This document shows positions 36,950 through 48,390 of a DNA stretch of 64,000 nucleotides, in pieces. The position numbers and the translations under genes are program-made. The DNA comes from Camelus ferus (taxonomy: Eukaryota). Below the pieces are notes generated by a model that had not been told where the DNA came from, ran no database searches, and saw nothing but the letters and a program-made list of their open reading frames with translations. The stretch's first letter is position 1, and each line of letters starts with the position of its first letter. The stretch covers positions 53,384,001 through 53,448,000 of the forward strand of contig NC_045707.1 of NCBI RefSeq assembly GCF_009834535.1, read 5' to 3'.

Positions 36950-38417
36950 CCTTTAAAAGTAACTTTATTAAAGTTCAGGATAGCTGTTTGCACACAGTTT
37001 GATTTAGCAGGCGACACGGTCACGAGCTTCTGGGCTGTCCTCCTCGGCTAGTGCTCAGCGCTGAAGCACTGGCCGGGCTCTGGAGGACAGGCTGCCTGCC
37101 CGCAGGGCCTCTCCGACTCCGCTCCCACCTTCCAGAACCTGGGCGTTACTGAGCCTGAGAAGAAAGTTCAGAGCTTTTTCTGTGATACTTACAACTTACT
37201 TTACTAAAGTTTTAAAGGGTTAAGAGGCATTTATGAAATTTAAATGCAATAATGGAATTTTAAAGTGTTGGTCCACACAAACTGTGCTACGAAATAAAGG
37301 TTTTATTTGCAACTTACACAACTTCATGAAAAAATACATTATGTAGAATCTGACATGGTAAGTAAAACAATCTGAAAAATACTGGTTATATATCTTGGCT
37401 TAAAATAATTCAAACACATAAACATTTTATCAGCATTAGCTCAATTAAGACAACAGTTTGCAAAAAGATAAGTTAATTTAAACACTGCTTAGTAAATATG
37501 TAGATATATTTTATTAAATGTCAGTTTTATTTAGAATACTCAAGTACAAAAAAATGAAAAATTATATACTTATGACTGTTAAGAAAAAGTTAGAAACAAT
37601 TAAAGTGTTCTGCAAATACTAAGGCACTGAATTCAGAAATCCTTAATTATCTAAATTTTATCTTTAATATTCAGATGCTCATAGTTATTTTCTTAAATGT
37701 TTTTAATAAGATTTAACTTTATTACTTTTCCCCTGGAAGACAGTTTTAAACGACAAGTATGTAATACAGTGTGAGAACACCTAGTTTCAAAGGTACTTAC
37801 CACTAGAAAAAAGAGTTTATGTACCTGAATGTTTTTGCTTTAAACATATTTTGTTTCATCACATCAACCACAATACTGAAGCCTGGACGGCCATCCTTAT
37901 TATATAATTTGATAAAAAGCTTAGGATAATTGTATCAAAATTTTAAAAGTTCTATAAAACTACTGAGAGGACAGAGTTTCAGGTACATAGTAATTTCAAA
38001 ACATATTCCCCAAAGTCTGCCTTTAGTATGTACACACATGGTTCATGTTGGAACAGGCATGCAGTCAGACAGCCGCACTGCAAATGAGCCCTGTGCTGTC
38101 ATATGAGTCACACTCTGCTGCTTGGGTACAAAGCACAGCAAAGTGACAGTAACTGGGCAGCAGGAGAAATGATCTCGATTCATCCCAAACCAACAACTTA
38201 AAAACTCCTAACAGTGAAATCTAAAGAACACCATCCAGTCTGGCTTATGTGTTGACCTCATACTTGAAAGTATTTTCCATGAATGGCAGTGACTAGCCAT
38301 TTACCAGATACAGAACAAGTGATACAGCAAATAAAAACAGCAAGAAAATCAAAGCACACTGCTAACATTTTAATAACGTTTGCTTGTGATGACCTCCTGT
38401 GATCTGGAACCTTTGTT
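36950..38417 (-). other. SEPTIN10: SEPTIN10 AT-rich 3'UTR (3' end approximate)
   Basis: AT-rich, repeat-free stretch after the TAG; several AATAAA on the minus strand (37718-37723, 37510-37515, 37302-37307, 36964-36969). Confidence 0.7.
36964..36969 (-). terminator. Candidate distal SEPTIN10 polyadenylation signal
   Basis: AATAAA on the minus strand at the distal edge of the AT-rich UTR-like block. Confidence 0.5.
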
Positions 38418-38433
38418 CTACATAAAATTGGAG
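38418..38433 (-). CDS. SEPTIN10: Septin-10 terminal coding exon, canonical frame: (N)SNFM*
   Basis: Long T-rich tract plus ttttcag|CTCCAATTTTATGTAG. The nine exons sum to 1269 nt, i.e. 423 codons including the stop. Confidence 0.9.
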
Positions 38434-38839
38434 CTGAAAAGAGAAAAAAAAAAACCTTTTGATTGGTACAATAAAAAACCATATAGGAAATAAAAATCAC
38501 TAGAATCATTTGTTTTACAAAGCTTTTACATAAAGAGTGAATGTATAGCTAGTCTATTATAGGATGTCTAGCCATGGGACCCTGGAAGACAAAAACAAAC
38601 ACCAAACTTTCCTGAGGGTGACTTCTGAGCTCTCAAAAAACTACGGGCTGGGCCAGATTTTGTAAACAACAGTCCATACCTTACTTTCACAAGGTGACTA
38701 TAAACTGTCTTTTGCATCATGAATAATAAAATCGGGGCGTCCAAATCTAGGAACATTGGACTAGGTTGAGATGGTAAGGTAAAAGGCCCCTTAGCTTTAT
38801 AATTCAAGGCACAATGAAAAGGAGTCATAAATTATTTGT

Positions 38840-39163
38840 ATACATTTGGTCCTCTGGGTCCGAGGGTTCCACATCTGAGGAGTCAACCAACTACAGATTG
38901 AAAAATATTTGGAAAACAATTCCAGAAAGTTCCAAAAAACAAGACTTGAATTTGCTGCTTTCTGGCATTTATATTCTACTTACATGGCATTCACACTGCA
39001 TTAGGGAGTAGAAGTCATCTAGGGATGGTTTAATGTGTACAGGGAAGTGTGTGTAGGTTACATGCGGAGGCTGTGCCATTTTAGCAGGGACTTGAGCATC
39101 TGTGTGGGTTTTGGTCTCCTTGGGCAACCTGATACCAGTCCCCCATGGATACTGAGGGTGGTT
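38840..39163 (-). mobile_element. MER2-family (TcMar-Tigger) element
   Basis: ttccagaaagttccaaaaaacaagacttgaatttgctgc; agggacttgagcatc; tcccccatggatactgaggg. Confidence 0.75.
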
Positions 39164-39763
39164 TATCTTTTGAAATTCAATGTTTTTATTTTTTCCACAG
39201 ATAACTGCATGCCCACTAGATACCAGGCACTGTCCTAGGCCCCGGGGGTGGCTATTAAAACAAAGATTCACTCTCTGGTAGAGCTTATGTTAAGAGAGCA
39301 TACGTGAGAATTCCTTCTTTCTTCCCGCCAAACCATAAAATCCACAGGCCAATTAAATCCATGAGCACCCCTGTGGATTCACATCTCCATAGTTCAAAAT
39401 TGGAAGACGATCACAGGCAATGTTATGTTGTCTTAACTTTTTGAAGGAGACTTAAGAATTCTGGAAATACTGGGGTGGAACAGGATGTGGTGATAAAGGA
39501 ACCTGAGGACTCCCCGGTGAGGGCCACGTGGCGGTGGCTGGTGGACTCATGGATGGGCAGCGATCTAACAGAACAAGCGGTCAAGTAGGCAAGCGGCGAG
39601 GACATTAAAGTGGGAGAAATAAAGTGAAAAAATGCAGGTGGGAAAAAACCCTTATTTTCTAAAACTTGGTTACTTTGACTTTAACACGTACCCCAGACCT
39701 ACAAGCCTTGGGATCTCCGCCACACGCTACCAAGGCCGCCCCGAGGCCTGGGGGCCCCTCTAC

Positions 39764-39846
39764 CTTCCTCTGTATCTGTACGTCCATCACTCGTTTCACA
39801 AGCTCTGACATCAAAGCACAGGAGTTCGAATCGATAGCCTGGTTCC
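39764..39846 (-). CDS. SEPTIN10: Putative 83-nt alternative cassette exon of SEPTIN10 (frameshifts the terminal exon)
   Basis: ttttattttaataag| acceptor, AAG|GTAGAG donor. Open in frame from exon 10: (K)EPGYRFELLCFDVRACETSDGRTDTEE. Its phase-1 end joins the second open frame of the last exon. Confidence 0.6.
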
Positions 39847-40270
39847 CTTATTAAAATAAAAATTCTCACAAAATCATTATCAATAGAATTTGCTTTAAAA
39901 AAAAAGTAACCCTAAGAGTTCATTTTTTTTTTTTTTACCAAGTATTTCATGTCAGCACGTCCCTCAAGTGGTGCAGCTGACATGAAGGTCCCCGTGGCTC
40001 ACGGGGCGGCGTGCAGCCTGTGCTGGAGCAGCCAGCCTCCCGGCCACGGACCCCCATGTCGGGGCGTGTTTCTGTGTCAGGTCATCACTCACTCAGCAGG
40101 TGTTTACAGGGCACAGAACACGTGCCAGGTGCCCTCCTAGCTGCGGGGGAAACAGCAGAGCAAGAGGGACAGGGTCTCGCGCTCCGGGAGGCGGACGGGA
40201 ATAAGGAGCCGGGGAAGCTGTGAAGACACAGGGCAGTGAGACAGACGGGGGGCCTGGGAGGGCGGCTTAC

Positions 40271-40458
40271 TTCTTCCGGTCCTTGTCCTTCCTCAGGCTG
40301 CTGCCCGGGACCATGAAGGACTGGTTCTGGTGTATCTCAGAGGTAGCTTTCTTCTTCGAGAACGCAATTATTTCTTCTTCCAAAAGTCTTCTCTTTTCTT
40401 CAAGCTTCATCCTCTCTTCTTGGTGGACCCTCTTAAGGTGCTCAAATTTGGCCTGCAG
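40271..40458 (-). CDS. SEPTIN10: Septin-10 coding exon (approx. exon 10; coiled coil and basic tail)
   Basis: Encodes [62 protein letters not shown]. tttcacag| acceptor, AA|GTAAG donor (phase 2). Confidence 0.96.
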
Positions 40459-41040
40459 CTGTGAAACAAAATGGATTCCCTTGTGGCAGTGCACAGAAAC
40501 CGTGCGGCTCGGGGACCCTGCGACACGGCAGCACAGCAAATCGCTCCCCCCATTCCCGTCCCCACCCTGCTGCCAACTAGAAAGCTCATGCTTCCAGTAA
40601 AAATTTACATGTTAGATTGCTCTCTAATTTTAAATGTGCTCCCCCAAAATGCATGAGGAAAACATTAGAAACAGCCTCAAGAACAAACTTCAGTTTTTGA
40701 AACATCTGACCTTTTCTTAGAGTTTGTATTTTCTTGCTCTACATTTTCCCCACGGAGCCTTTTCAGATAGTTTCTAAAATCCATTCTTAATAAAAGTGAG
40801 AGACACAAATTAGAGAAGTAAGTTATCGAAAAGGAAAATAAAGACCTTATTTCCCAAATAAACGACCTAGGTAGCAGTGAAACAGCTGTGGATCACACTG
40901 GTGAGCCTGCTAGCAAAGCAAGTGTCAACTGTCAATTTAAATCAAGAACCTTAAAATTGATTAGTTTTTCCAGTCATTCACCTTCTCAAAATCTAAATTC
41001 AAGAAATCTTAAATTCAGAGAAAGTTGTATCATAAACGTA

Positions 41041-41213
41041 CAGTTGACCCTTGAACTACACAGGGGTTAGGGCATCGGCCCCACCAGCTGAAAATCCGAG
41101 TGCACGTTACAGTCGGCTCCACGTCTGCAGGCCCTGTGGTCGTGGTTAGTGGAAAAACCCACATATAAAGTGGCCCCACCCAGCTCAAACCCATGTTGTT
41201 GAAGGCTCAGCTG
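41041..41213. mobile_element. Tigger2-derived MITE
   Basis: TA|CAGTTGACCCTTGAAC ... GTTGAAGGCTCAGCTG imperfect TIRs. Confidence 0.8.
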
Positions 41214-41827
41214 CACCACTGAAGTAGAACTTACACCATAATGGGAAAACACTGCCTGTCTCTAATAGAGATAACATTTTAAAATTCATTTATGCTCAGT
41301 ACATTCAGTATAGTTGTTAAAATGAGTTTTGCCAAAATTTTTAACATGAGATTTCCCTGGTTTAATTATCTGGGGGAAAAAAAAATCTAGGGACTGTACC
41401 GGGTTCCTTACAGATCAGTCATGTGCCAAGAACACAAGCACAGCATCTAGATGCTAGGTCAAAAAAGACAACTTAAGAAAAAATTTCTGGTCTGGTTAGA
41501 TAAACTTTCAATTAGTATTTTCAGTTCTAGGCAGCACCCTAACATTCATACAGAAAGTCAGGATTTGGTTTCCAGACAAGGTGGCGAGAGGCTGTCACCG
41601 TGCTATAGCCTAGGGGTGAGAGCCGCAGCAGCAGAGACGCAGCTGCACCCTGTTGATTCAGGGTCCGGGAGTGGAACAGACTGTCCGGTCAGCCAGGAAA
41701 CCCCTGACAGAAGTACTTAAACAGACACAGAAGAGGGCTGAAACAGGTTAAGTAAGGCCCTAAGATTCTCTTGCTCCTAAGAATGTCATCTCGAGAAGTA
41801 GCAGTTCCTTAGTATTTACTTATTTAG

Positions 41828-43563
41828 TTCTTGGGTTGGAAGAATCAATATTGCTAAAATGGCCATACGGCCCAAGGCAATCTACAGATTTAATGTGATC
41901 CCTATTAAATTATCTATCACATTTTCACAGAACTAGAACAAATAATCCTAAAATTTATATGGAATCACAAAAGACCCAGAATTGCCAAAGCAATATTGAA
42001 GAAAAAGAGCAAAGCTGGAGGAATGACCCTTTCAGACCTCAGACAGTACTGCAGAGCTACAGTAATCAAAACACTCCGTGTGGTATTGGCACAAAAACAG
42101 ACACACGGATCAATGGAACAGAACAGAGAGCCCAGAAACAAACCCCACACACCTGTGGTCAATTAATCTTCAACAAAAGAGGCAAGAATATACAATGAAG
42201 AAAAGACAGTCTCATCAGCGGGACAGTGGTGTTGGGAAAGCTGGACAGCAGCATGTAAGTCAATAAAGTTAGAACATTCCCTCACACCACACACAAAAAC
42301 TCAAAATGGCTTAAAGACTTAAACATAAGACAGGACACCATAAAACTCCTAGAAGAAAACACAGGCAAAATATTCTCTGACATAAATAGTAGAAATGTTT
42401 TCCTGGGTCAGTCTACAAAGGCTATAGAAATAAAAGCAAAAATTAACAAATGTGAGCTAATCAAACTTATAATAAACTTGTGCACAGCAAAGGAAACCAT
42501 AAGCAAAACAAAACGACAACCATGGATTGGCAGAAAATGTCTGCAAATGATTGACAAAGGTTTAACTTCCAGAATATATAAACAGCTCATACAACTTAAT
42601 GACGACGACGACAAAAATCCCAGTCAAAAAATGGCCAGAAGACCTAACTAAACAAGCATTTCTCTAATGAAGACATATGGATGGCCAATAGACATATGAA
42701 AAAATGCTCAATATCACTAAAGATCAAAGAAATGCAAATCAAAACTATGAGATATCACCTCACACCAGTCAGAATGACCATCATTCAAAAGTCCACAAAG
42801 AATAATAGTGGAGAGAGTGTAGAGAACAGGGAACCCTCCTACACTGTTGGTGGGAATGTAGTTAGTTGGGTGTACCATTATGGAAAACAGTGTGGAGATT
42901 CCTTAAAAAATTAAAATTAGATTTACCATATGATCCAGCAATCCCACTCCTGGGCATATATCTGGAGGAAAATATAATTCAAAAAGACACATGCACCCCA
43001 GACACAGCAGCACTATTTATAATAGCCAAGACATGGAAACAACCTAAATGTCCATCAACAGATGACTGGATAAAGAAGCTGTGGTATATGTATACAATGG
43101 AATACTACTTGGCCATAAAAAATTAAATAATGCCATTTGCAGCAACATGGATGGACCTGGAGATCGTCATTCTAAGGAAATAAGCCAGAAAGAGAAAGAA
43201 AAATACCATATGATAGCACTCATATGTGGAATATTAAAGAAAGAAAAAAAGGACACTAACAAACTCATCAACAAAACAGAAACAGACTTGCAGACATAGT
43301 AAACGAGCTTATCGTTAACAGGGGAAAGAAGGTGGGAAAGGATAAATTTGGGAGTCTGAGATTTGCAATGTTAGCCACTATATATAAAAAGAAAAAAAAT
43401 TTCTTCTTTATGGCACAGGGAACTACATTCAATATCTTGTAATAACCTTTAATGAAAATTAATATATGTATGTATCTACACATGATTAGGACACTGTGCT
43501 GTACACCAGAAATTGACACATTATAACTGACTGTACTTAAATTAAAAAAAAGAAAAGAAAAGA
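41828..43563 (+). mobile_element. 5'-truncated lineage-specific L1 (ORF2 3' part, 3'UTR, A-rich tail), antisense in a SEPTIN10 intron
   Basis: Readable ORF2 peptides in broken frames ([74 protein letters not shown]). Confidence 0.93.
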
Positions 43564-44013
43564 ATCTGGCCTATCAAAAGGCTGTATTAATAACAAATGG
43601 TCCCTGCTTTTCTAAACAGATGTATAGTAAGAGTGTCTGTGTGTGTGTTTAAAGGGTGGGCCTCACCAGCTGTCCCTCAGATCAGGGTGCAGGTACAGAG
43701 CAGCAGCTCTCTTAGCCCATGTGCACCCCATGACCAGGGAGAGGAGAACGGGGCTAACCCTTAGAAAATGAGGCTATAGGACAGATTTACACTGTGGAGC
43801 AGAGGTACCTCTGGTTATTTAAATGAAGCTGCATACTTGACATGCATTGTAAATACCCTGAAAGGTTATAGAACACTTGGTATGTCACTCATGAGATCGA
43901 CTCCAGAAAAACAATGAAAAGTGTCTTAGAAAGGGGGAGGGTGTGACTGTCACTCACACTGTGAGTTCTCAGCTCTGACATCAACAATCTATTCCACACG
44001 TAAGAAGCACTCG

Positions 44014-44612
44014 CTCTCTCCCGGCTCCGGTGCAGACATGGCCAAGTCGAAGGACCACACCACGCGCAACCAATCTCAAAAATGGCACAGAAACGGCATC
44101 AAAAAACCCTGATCACAACGATATGATCTCTTAAGGGGGTGGACTCCAAGTTTCGTAAGGAACATGCGCTTTGCCAAGAAGCACAACAAGAAGGGCCTGA
44201 AGAAGATGCAGGCCAACAACGCCAAGGCCACGAGTGCACGTACTGAAGCCATCAAGGCTCTTAAAGGCCAAGGAGGTCAAGCCTAAGGTCCCAAAGGGCA
44301 ACAGCCGCAAGCTCAGTCAACTTGCCTACACTGCTCACCCCAAGCTCAGGAAACATGCTCGTGCCCGCAGCAGGGCTAAGGGTCTCAGGCTCTGCTGGCC
44401 AAAGGCCAAGGCCAAGGCTCAGACCAAGGCTGCAGCTCCAGCCCCGGCTCAGGCTCCCAAAGGTGCCCAGGCCCCACAGAGGCTCCAGAGAAGCGGCCTT
44501 CATCTACTGATGCGAGGACAGAAGGACTGGTGTGACCCCTGGGCTGCTGTCTGCATGGGGCTCATGTCCTCCTGTGCTGTTCGTACAAATAAACCTGAGG
44601 CAGGGGGAAAAA
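44014..44612 (+). pseudogene. RPL29: RPL29 processed pseudogene in a SEPTIN10 intron (antisense to the host gene)
   Basis: ATG at 44038 gives [24 protein letters not shown], with an in-frame TGA at 44110 and frameshifts. Downstream frames give [19 protein letters not shown] and [14 protein letters not shown]...[21 protein letters not shown]. Intronless; AATAAA at 44588; short A tail; TSD AAGAAGCACTCG at 44002-44013 and 44613-44624. Confidence 0.95.
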
Positions 44613-46249
44613 AAGAAGCACTCGTTCAGGGCTCCACTATTCACTACAAGGTGTTTAAATCAAACACATTTTCAAATAGTTAAAAGTTTTTAAGTAAAAA
44701 CAAAGTGAAAAAGAGAAGATCTTCTTCTGTGCTGTTGAAACCACTGTCCAATGCTCTTAAGACTCTATGGCCAACGTGATCAGCTGCTGTATCTTTTGTA
44801 AACGCCGTGTCTAAAGGTCTCATACGTTTCTGTCGTTCAGTGATCCTTTTCAAAGTATCCATTTAAAAAAGTGAATACTGGAGACAGCGTTCCTCTCTTG
44901 TTGAGCTAGTAAATGTCTCTAACCTGTGCTCTGTACCTCACTGGGGCCCGTTCACCAAGAAGTCACCCAGCACCGGGGCTCCCGCTGCACCTGTGTCTGC
45001 GTGCACACCCTGCTTCCTGCCTGGGGCTCTCCACTTCAGGGCTCTAATGTAGCTGCACTTGTTTATTGAATATTATCTGCAATACTTTTGGAAATAAAAG
45101 AGGCATAAATATTAAGTAAAAAATTAACCGAGAAATAGACTTACATATAAAATTGGGTTGTAGTAATATTTTAACGAAGGTTACGTACTTCACATGAGGA
45201 GTACATATAAACTGTGCATTCTCTCTTGTGGTGGCAGGAAGGCTCTACGTCTAGAATGATGTTAACAAAGACGCAGACAAGACAACATCTGAACGGTGTT
45301 TTAGATGACACTTGTCCTGTGCACCTCCCTACTCTAGGTATCCGACGTCCACAGCATCTCAGCTTACCCTGTACTGTACGTGAAAATCACCCACATTGAT
45401 ACAGAAGGTGAATTAAGAGGTACTTGTTTACAACGGTATTGGCAAGGATATTTTAATAACAAACTTCTCTAACACAGACTTTTTTTTTTCTAACACAGAC
45501 TTAGATAATGTTTTGGGTTACCTGCCAGTACCTTATTGATACAACTAGCTTTAAATGCCTCAGCCCACCCAGTTGAAGACCTGGCTCACAGTCTCTGCAG
45601 TCCAGTGTAATTACTGATAAACCTCCTGTCCCTCTAAAACTGCACTAATAAAGACGATATATCAGTCAGTCTTCCGTGGTCCTTCAGCAGACGATTCTTT
45701 GTCCCATGAGTGATAATGACCTCCAGACTGACCCTGACTCAAGCGAACCGACGGCACCAGCTGTTCAGGACAGAACTGGCCATGAGGGAACTTGTAATGG
45801 TAATAAAACAGGCCTACTATCTACTGCTTCTAAACCTATACAATTAAAAGTTTAGAACTCTTGTGACAACTTTGGATTAAACTAACTTCATCATTTAATA
45901 TAATATTCTTAACACAAAACAGTGCTTGAACCTAAAAGTAAAAATCTATAAAGCACCTACTGACAAATAGTATTTCTCTTTTTCTTTCAACCATTTGGTC
46001 ACCCTCAATTTTCAGTTTCCTTTTAAATAATATACATTAAGCACAATATTCTTATGTGGCATTAAAAATCAAAATTCAGCTGTAAACCACTTCATCTTCT
46101 CTCCTCGCTGGAGAAACTGAGAACTGTGATGTGGGAGAAAGAAACTCATACAAGAGAAGTGTCTGTTATTCAAAAGAAAAGCCAGCATCTTATTTCCTAC
46201 TTATCACAGCTCCTTCCTCAAAATTTGTATTTAAAAACAACTCCAAACC

Positions 46250-46680
46250 AGGGGCTAGTCTCAAATAAGAGACTAAACAAAACAGAACACCCAAAGGCAA
46301 TATGAAGCCTAAGACTGAATTCTGGTTCAAAAAAAAAGGAACAATAAAAAACAATCTTGGGACAACTGGTTGGGAAATCTGGTTGTGGACTGGGGATTAG
46401 GAGAGATTATGGCATTCCTATTAGTCATCCTCGGCGTGACACTGGTACCATGGTTATGAAGGAAAATACACCTAAGTTTCTGAGATGCACAAAGTGCCTA
46501 TGATAAAGTGCAGTGACGCCTGCATCCAGGGAAACATCGCGCACACACTCGACACGGCCAAGTGTCCACCCTGCATCTGCGTGCGGGGAGGGATACAGCT
46601 ACCCTGTACTTTCACTTTCCTGTTGTTTCAACTTTCTCAAAGTAAAGATCAACATTCAAATTATAAATAAGATATATAGT
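46250..46680 (+). mobile_element. Ancient L1 3'UTR fragment (L1ME-like)
   Basis: aatcttgggacaactgg...gaaatctg...tggactgg...ggtaccatggttatg; tgtactttcactttcctgttgtttcaactttctcaaagtaaa. Confidence 0.55.
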
Positions 46681-47454
46681 AGATTATTAATTTTACAAAA
46701 CCACTTACTATAGGGTTCATTTAAATAGCAAGTACTCCGAGAGTACTTAAAATAACAAATTTGTAAAATGAAATTACCTAACAAGTAACTCTTCAGGAAC
46801 TCTTATATTATCAAGTTGATTTGTATTAACATTTCTGTCTTCTCTTAGAAATTCCTTTCTGCAGCTCATCCTTTGTGACCCTCATCTTAAATGTGGCCGT
46901 TTACTTAAAAGCAGCCATTGCAGTTAAGTCTACAGAAAATAGCTTAACTCAAGTAAAACTAAAACTGATGCTTGAAGAACCAGAAGCGAACAGAACTGCG
47001 GAAGCTCACTTCTGATGGCTTTGTGCCAAGGCCACCGGACCACCCACCTCCAGGAAGCCTAGCTTCAAACTCAAAAGGCTACTTAACAGTTTTCAGAGTC
47101 ACCTGCTTCACGGCAAACAACAATCCCAACAAGGCTCAAAAGCTCTCAGAAAAGGCTTTATCAAGCCACAGCTGAAACATTTCTGGCTCCCAATTAAGGT
47201 ATTTAAAACACTTCTTAGGAACCCAGTCCCTTACAAGCCCATGATAAGCACTTCTAAAGGAAGACATTTTGTTCAAAAACGTAAAAATTTTTATTTGATT
47301 TCAGACAGTGATTTTTTATAAAGTCTGCATCTGAAGACTACGCATCTAAAATTAGAGAACAGCTAGTCTTGAAAAGCATCTCAGCTGGTCTTGAGATGAA
47401 TCTCCAGGCTAGCAGGGCGCCCAAATGCAAATCCCTTCAAAGCAGCACACTTGC

Positions 47455-47587
47455 CTCTCTTTCCGCCTCTTTCAGCATGGCCTCCTTCTCCTTCACACGC
47501 TGCACAAACGTCTGCTTCATTTCCTCCTCCTTCCTCTGGCGTTCACCATAAAATTCGTGTCTTTTGGCTTCATAGGTCTCCTGGAGG
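47455..47587 (-). CDS. SEPTIN10: Septin-10 coding exon (approx. exon 9; coiled coil), ending at a GC donor
   Basis: Encodes (S)[44 protein letters not shown]. ttttcag| acceptor; donor GAG|GCAAGT. Confidence 0.93.
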
Positions 47588-47859
47588 CTGAAAAGTTATT
47601 TGTGGTACTCTCATGTTAGAGACGCTGTGAACTTGCGGGCCCCACGCACCTCACTGAACTGCGAGGGTCACAGCCTGCGCGCCGTCCCCTTTCCAGAGGG
47701 CTCCTTCCACCTCTGCTGCCTCTTCCCCACCCTCACCTCCACATCTGACCACCCTGGCCTGTGAGTTCAGCCTGGGGTCCCGACATCGTTTCAGTCCAGT
47801 CCTGTTTCAATTTCTACAGACACACTGTTGAGCCCAACCTGACTTTGTGCTTTTCTGCC

Positions 47860-48390
47860 TTCACTACTGCAGCAACCTCCTAACTGGTCACTAGGCTTTT
47901 AATTCCTCTTTCTCTCACTCTGTTTTTCTTGCCATTTCTAAGATTTTTTTCCACCAAAAACAGAGATTTCCTTATCTTCTTCCTCTGCATTAGTTATATT
48001 ATCTACAGGGTAAGGTCCTACCTCCTTTAAACGGCCTCGAAGAAACTTCACAATCTGGCCAAACAGACCCAATCCCTGTAAGGTTCCAGCCACACCAACC
48101 TATTCCATCATTCCTAAAACATGCCACACATTTCACACTCCAGTGTCACTGCCCATGTCCCCACCTCCACTCTACCCACTAAGCCTCTGTCCCTCCAGGC
48201 CAAGTTCAAAAGCAGCTTCTTTCAGAAAGCCTTCTTTGCTCTCCCCAGTTGGACTAGCCACTCCTTCCAAGCACTCCCCGTCTGTCTACACCCCTTCCAC
48301 CCTCTCTCTCCTAATAGCTCCTCGTCTTCGTGACCCAGCACTCCAGCAGAGCTCTCTAGATTCTGCCGTTTCCCATAGGTGTTCATTTAG
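47860..48390 (+). mobile_element. L2 fragment
   Basis: tactgcagcaacctcctaactggtc...ccagccacacc...cataggtgttcattt, typical of the L2 3' end. Confidence 0.6.

Noticed and set aside
41959..43299. Reverse-transcriptase-associated ORFs as an active element or novel RT system
   Set aside because: These are fragmented frames of an ordinary 5'-truncated L1 ORF2 C-terminal region.
44234..44683. 149-aa RPL29-like ORF as a functional retrogene
   Set aside because: The true start frame has a stop at 44110 and frameshifts; this ORF starts at GTG and lacks the conserved N-terminus.
47449..47450. Canonical GT donor 4 nt downstream of the GC donor
   Set aside because: It would add 4 nt and frameshift the following coiled-coil exon.
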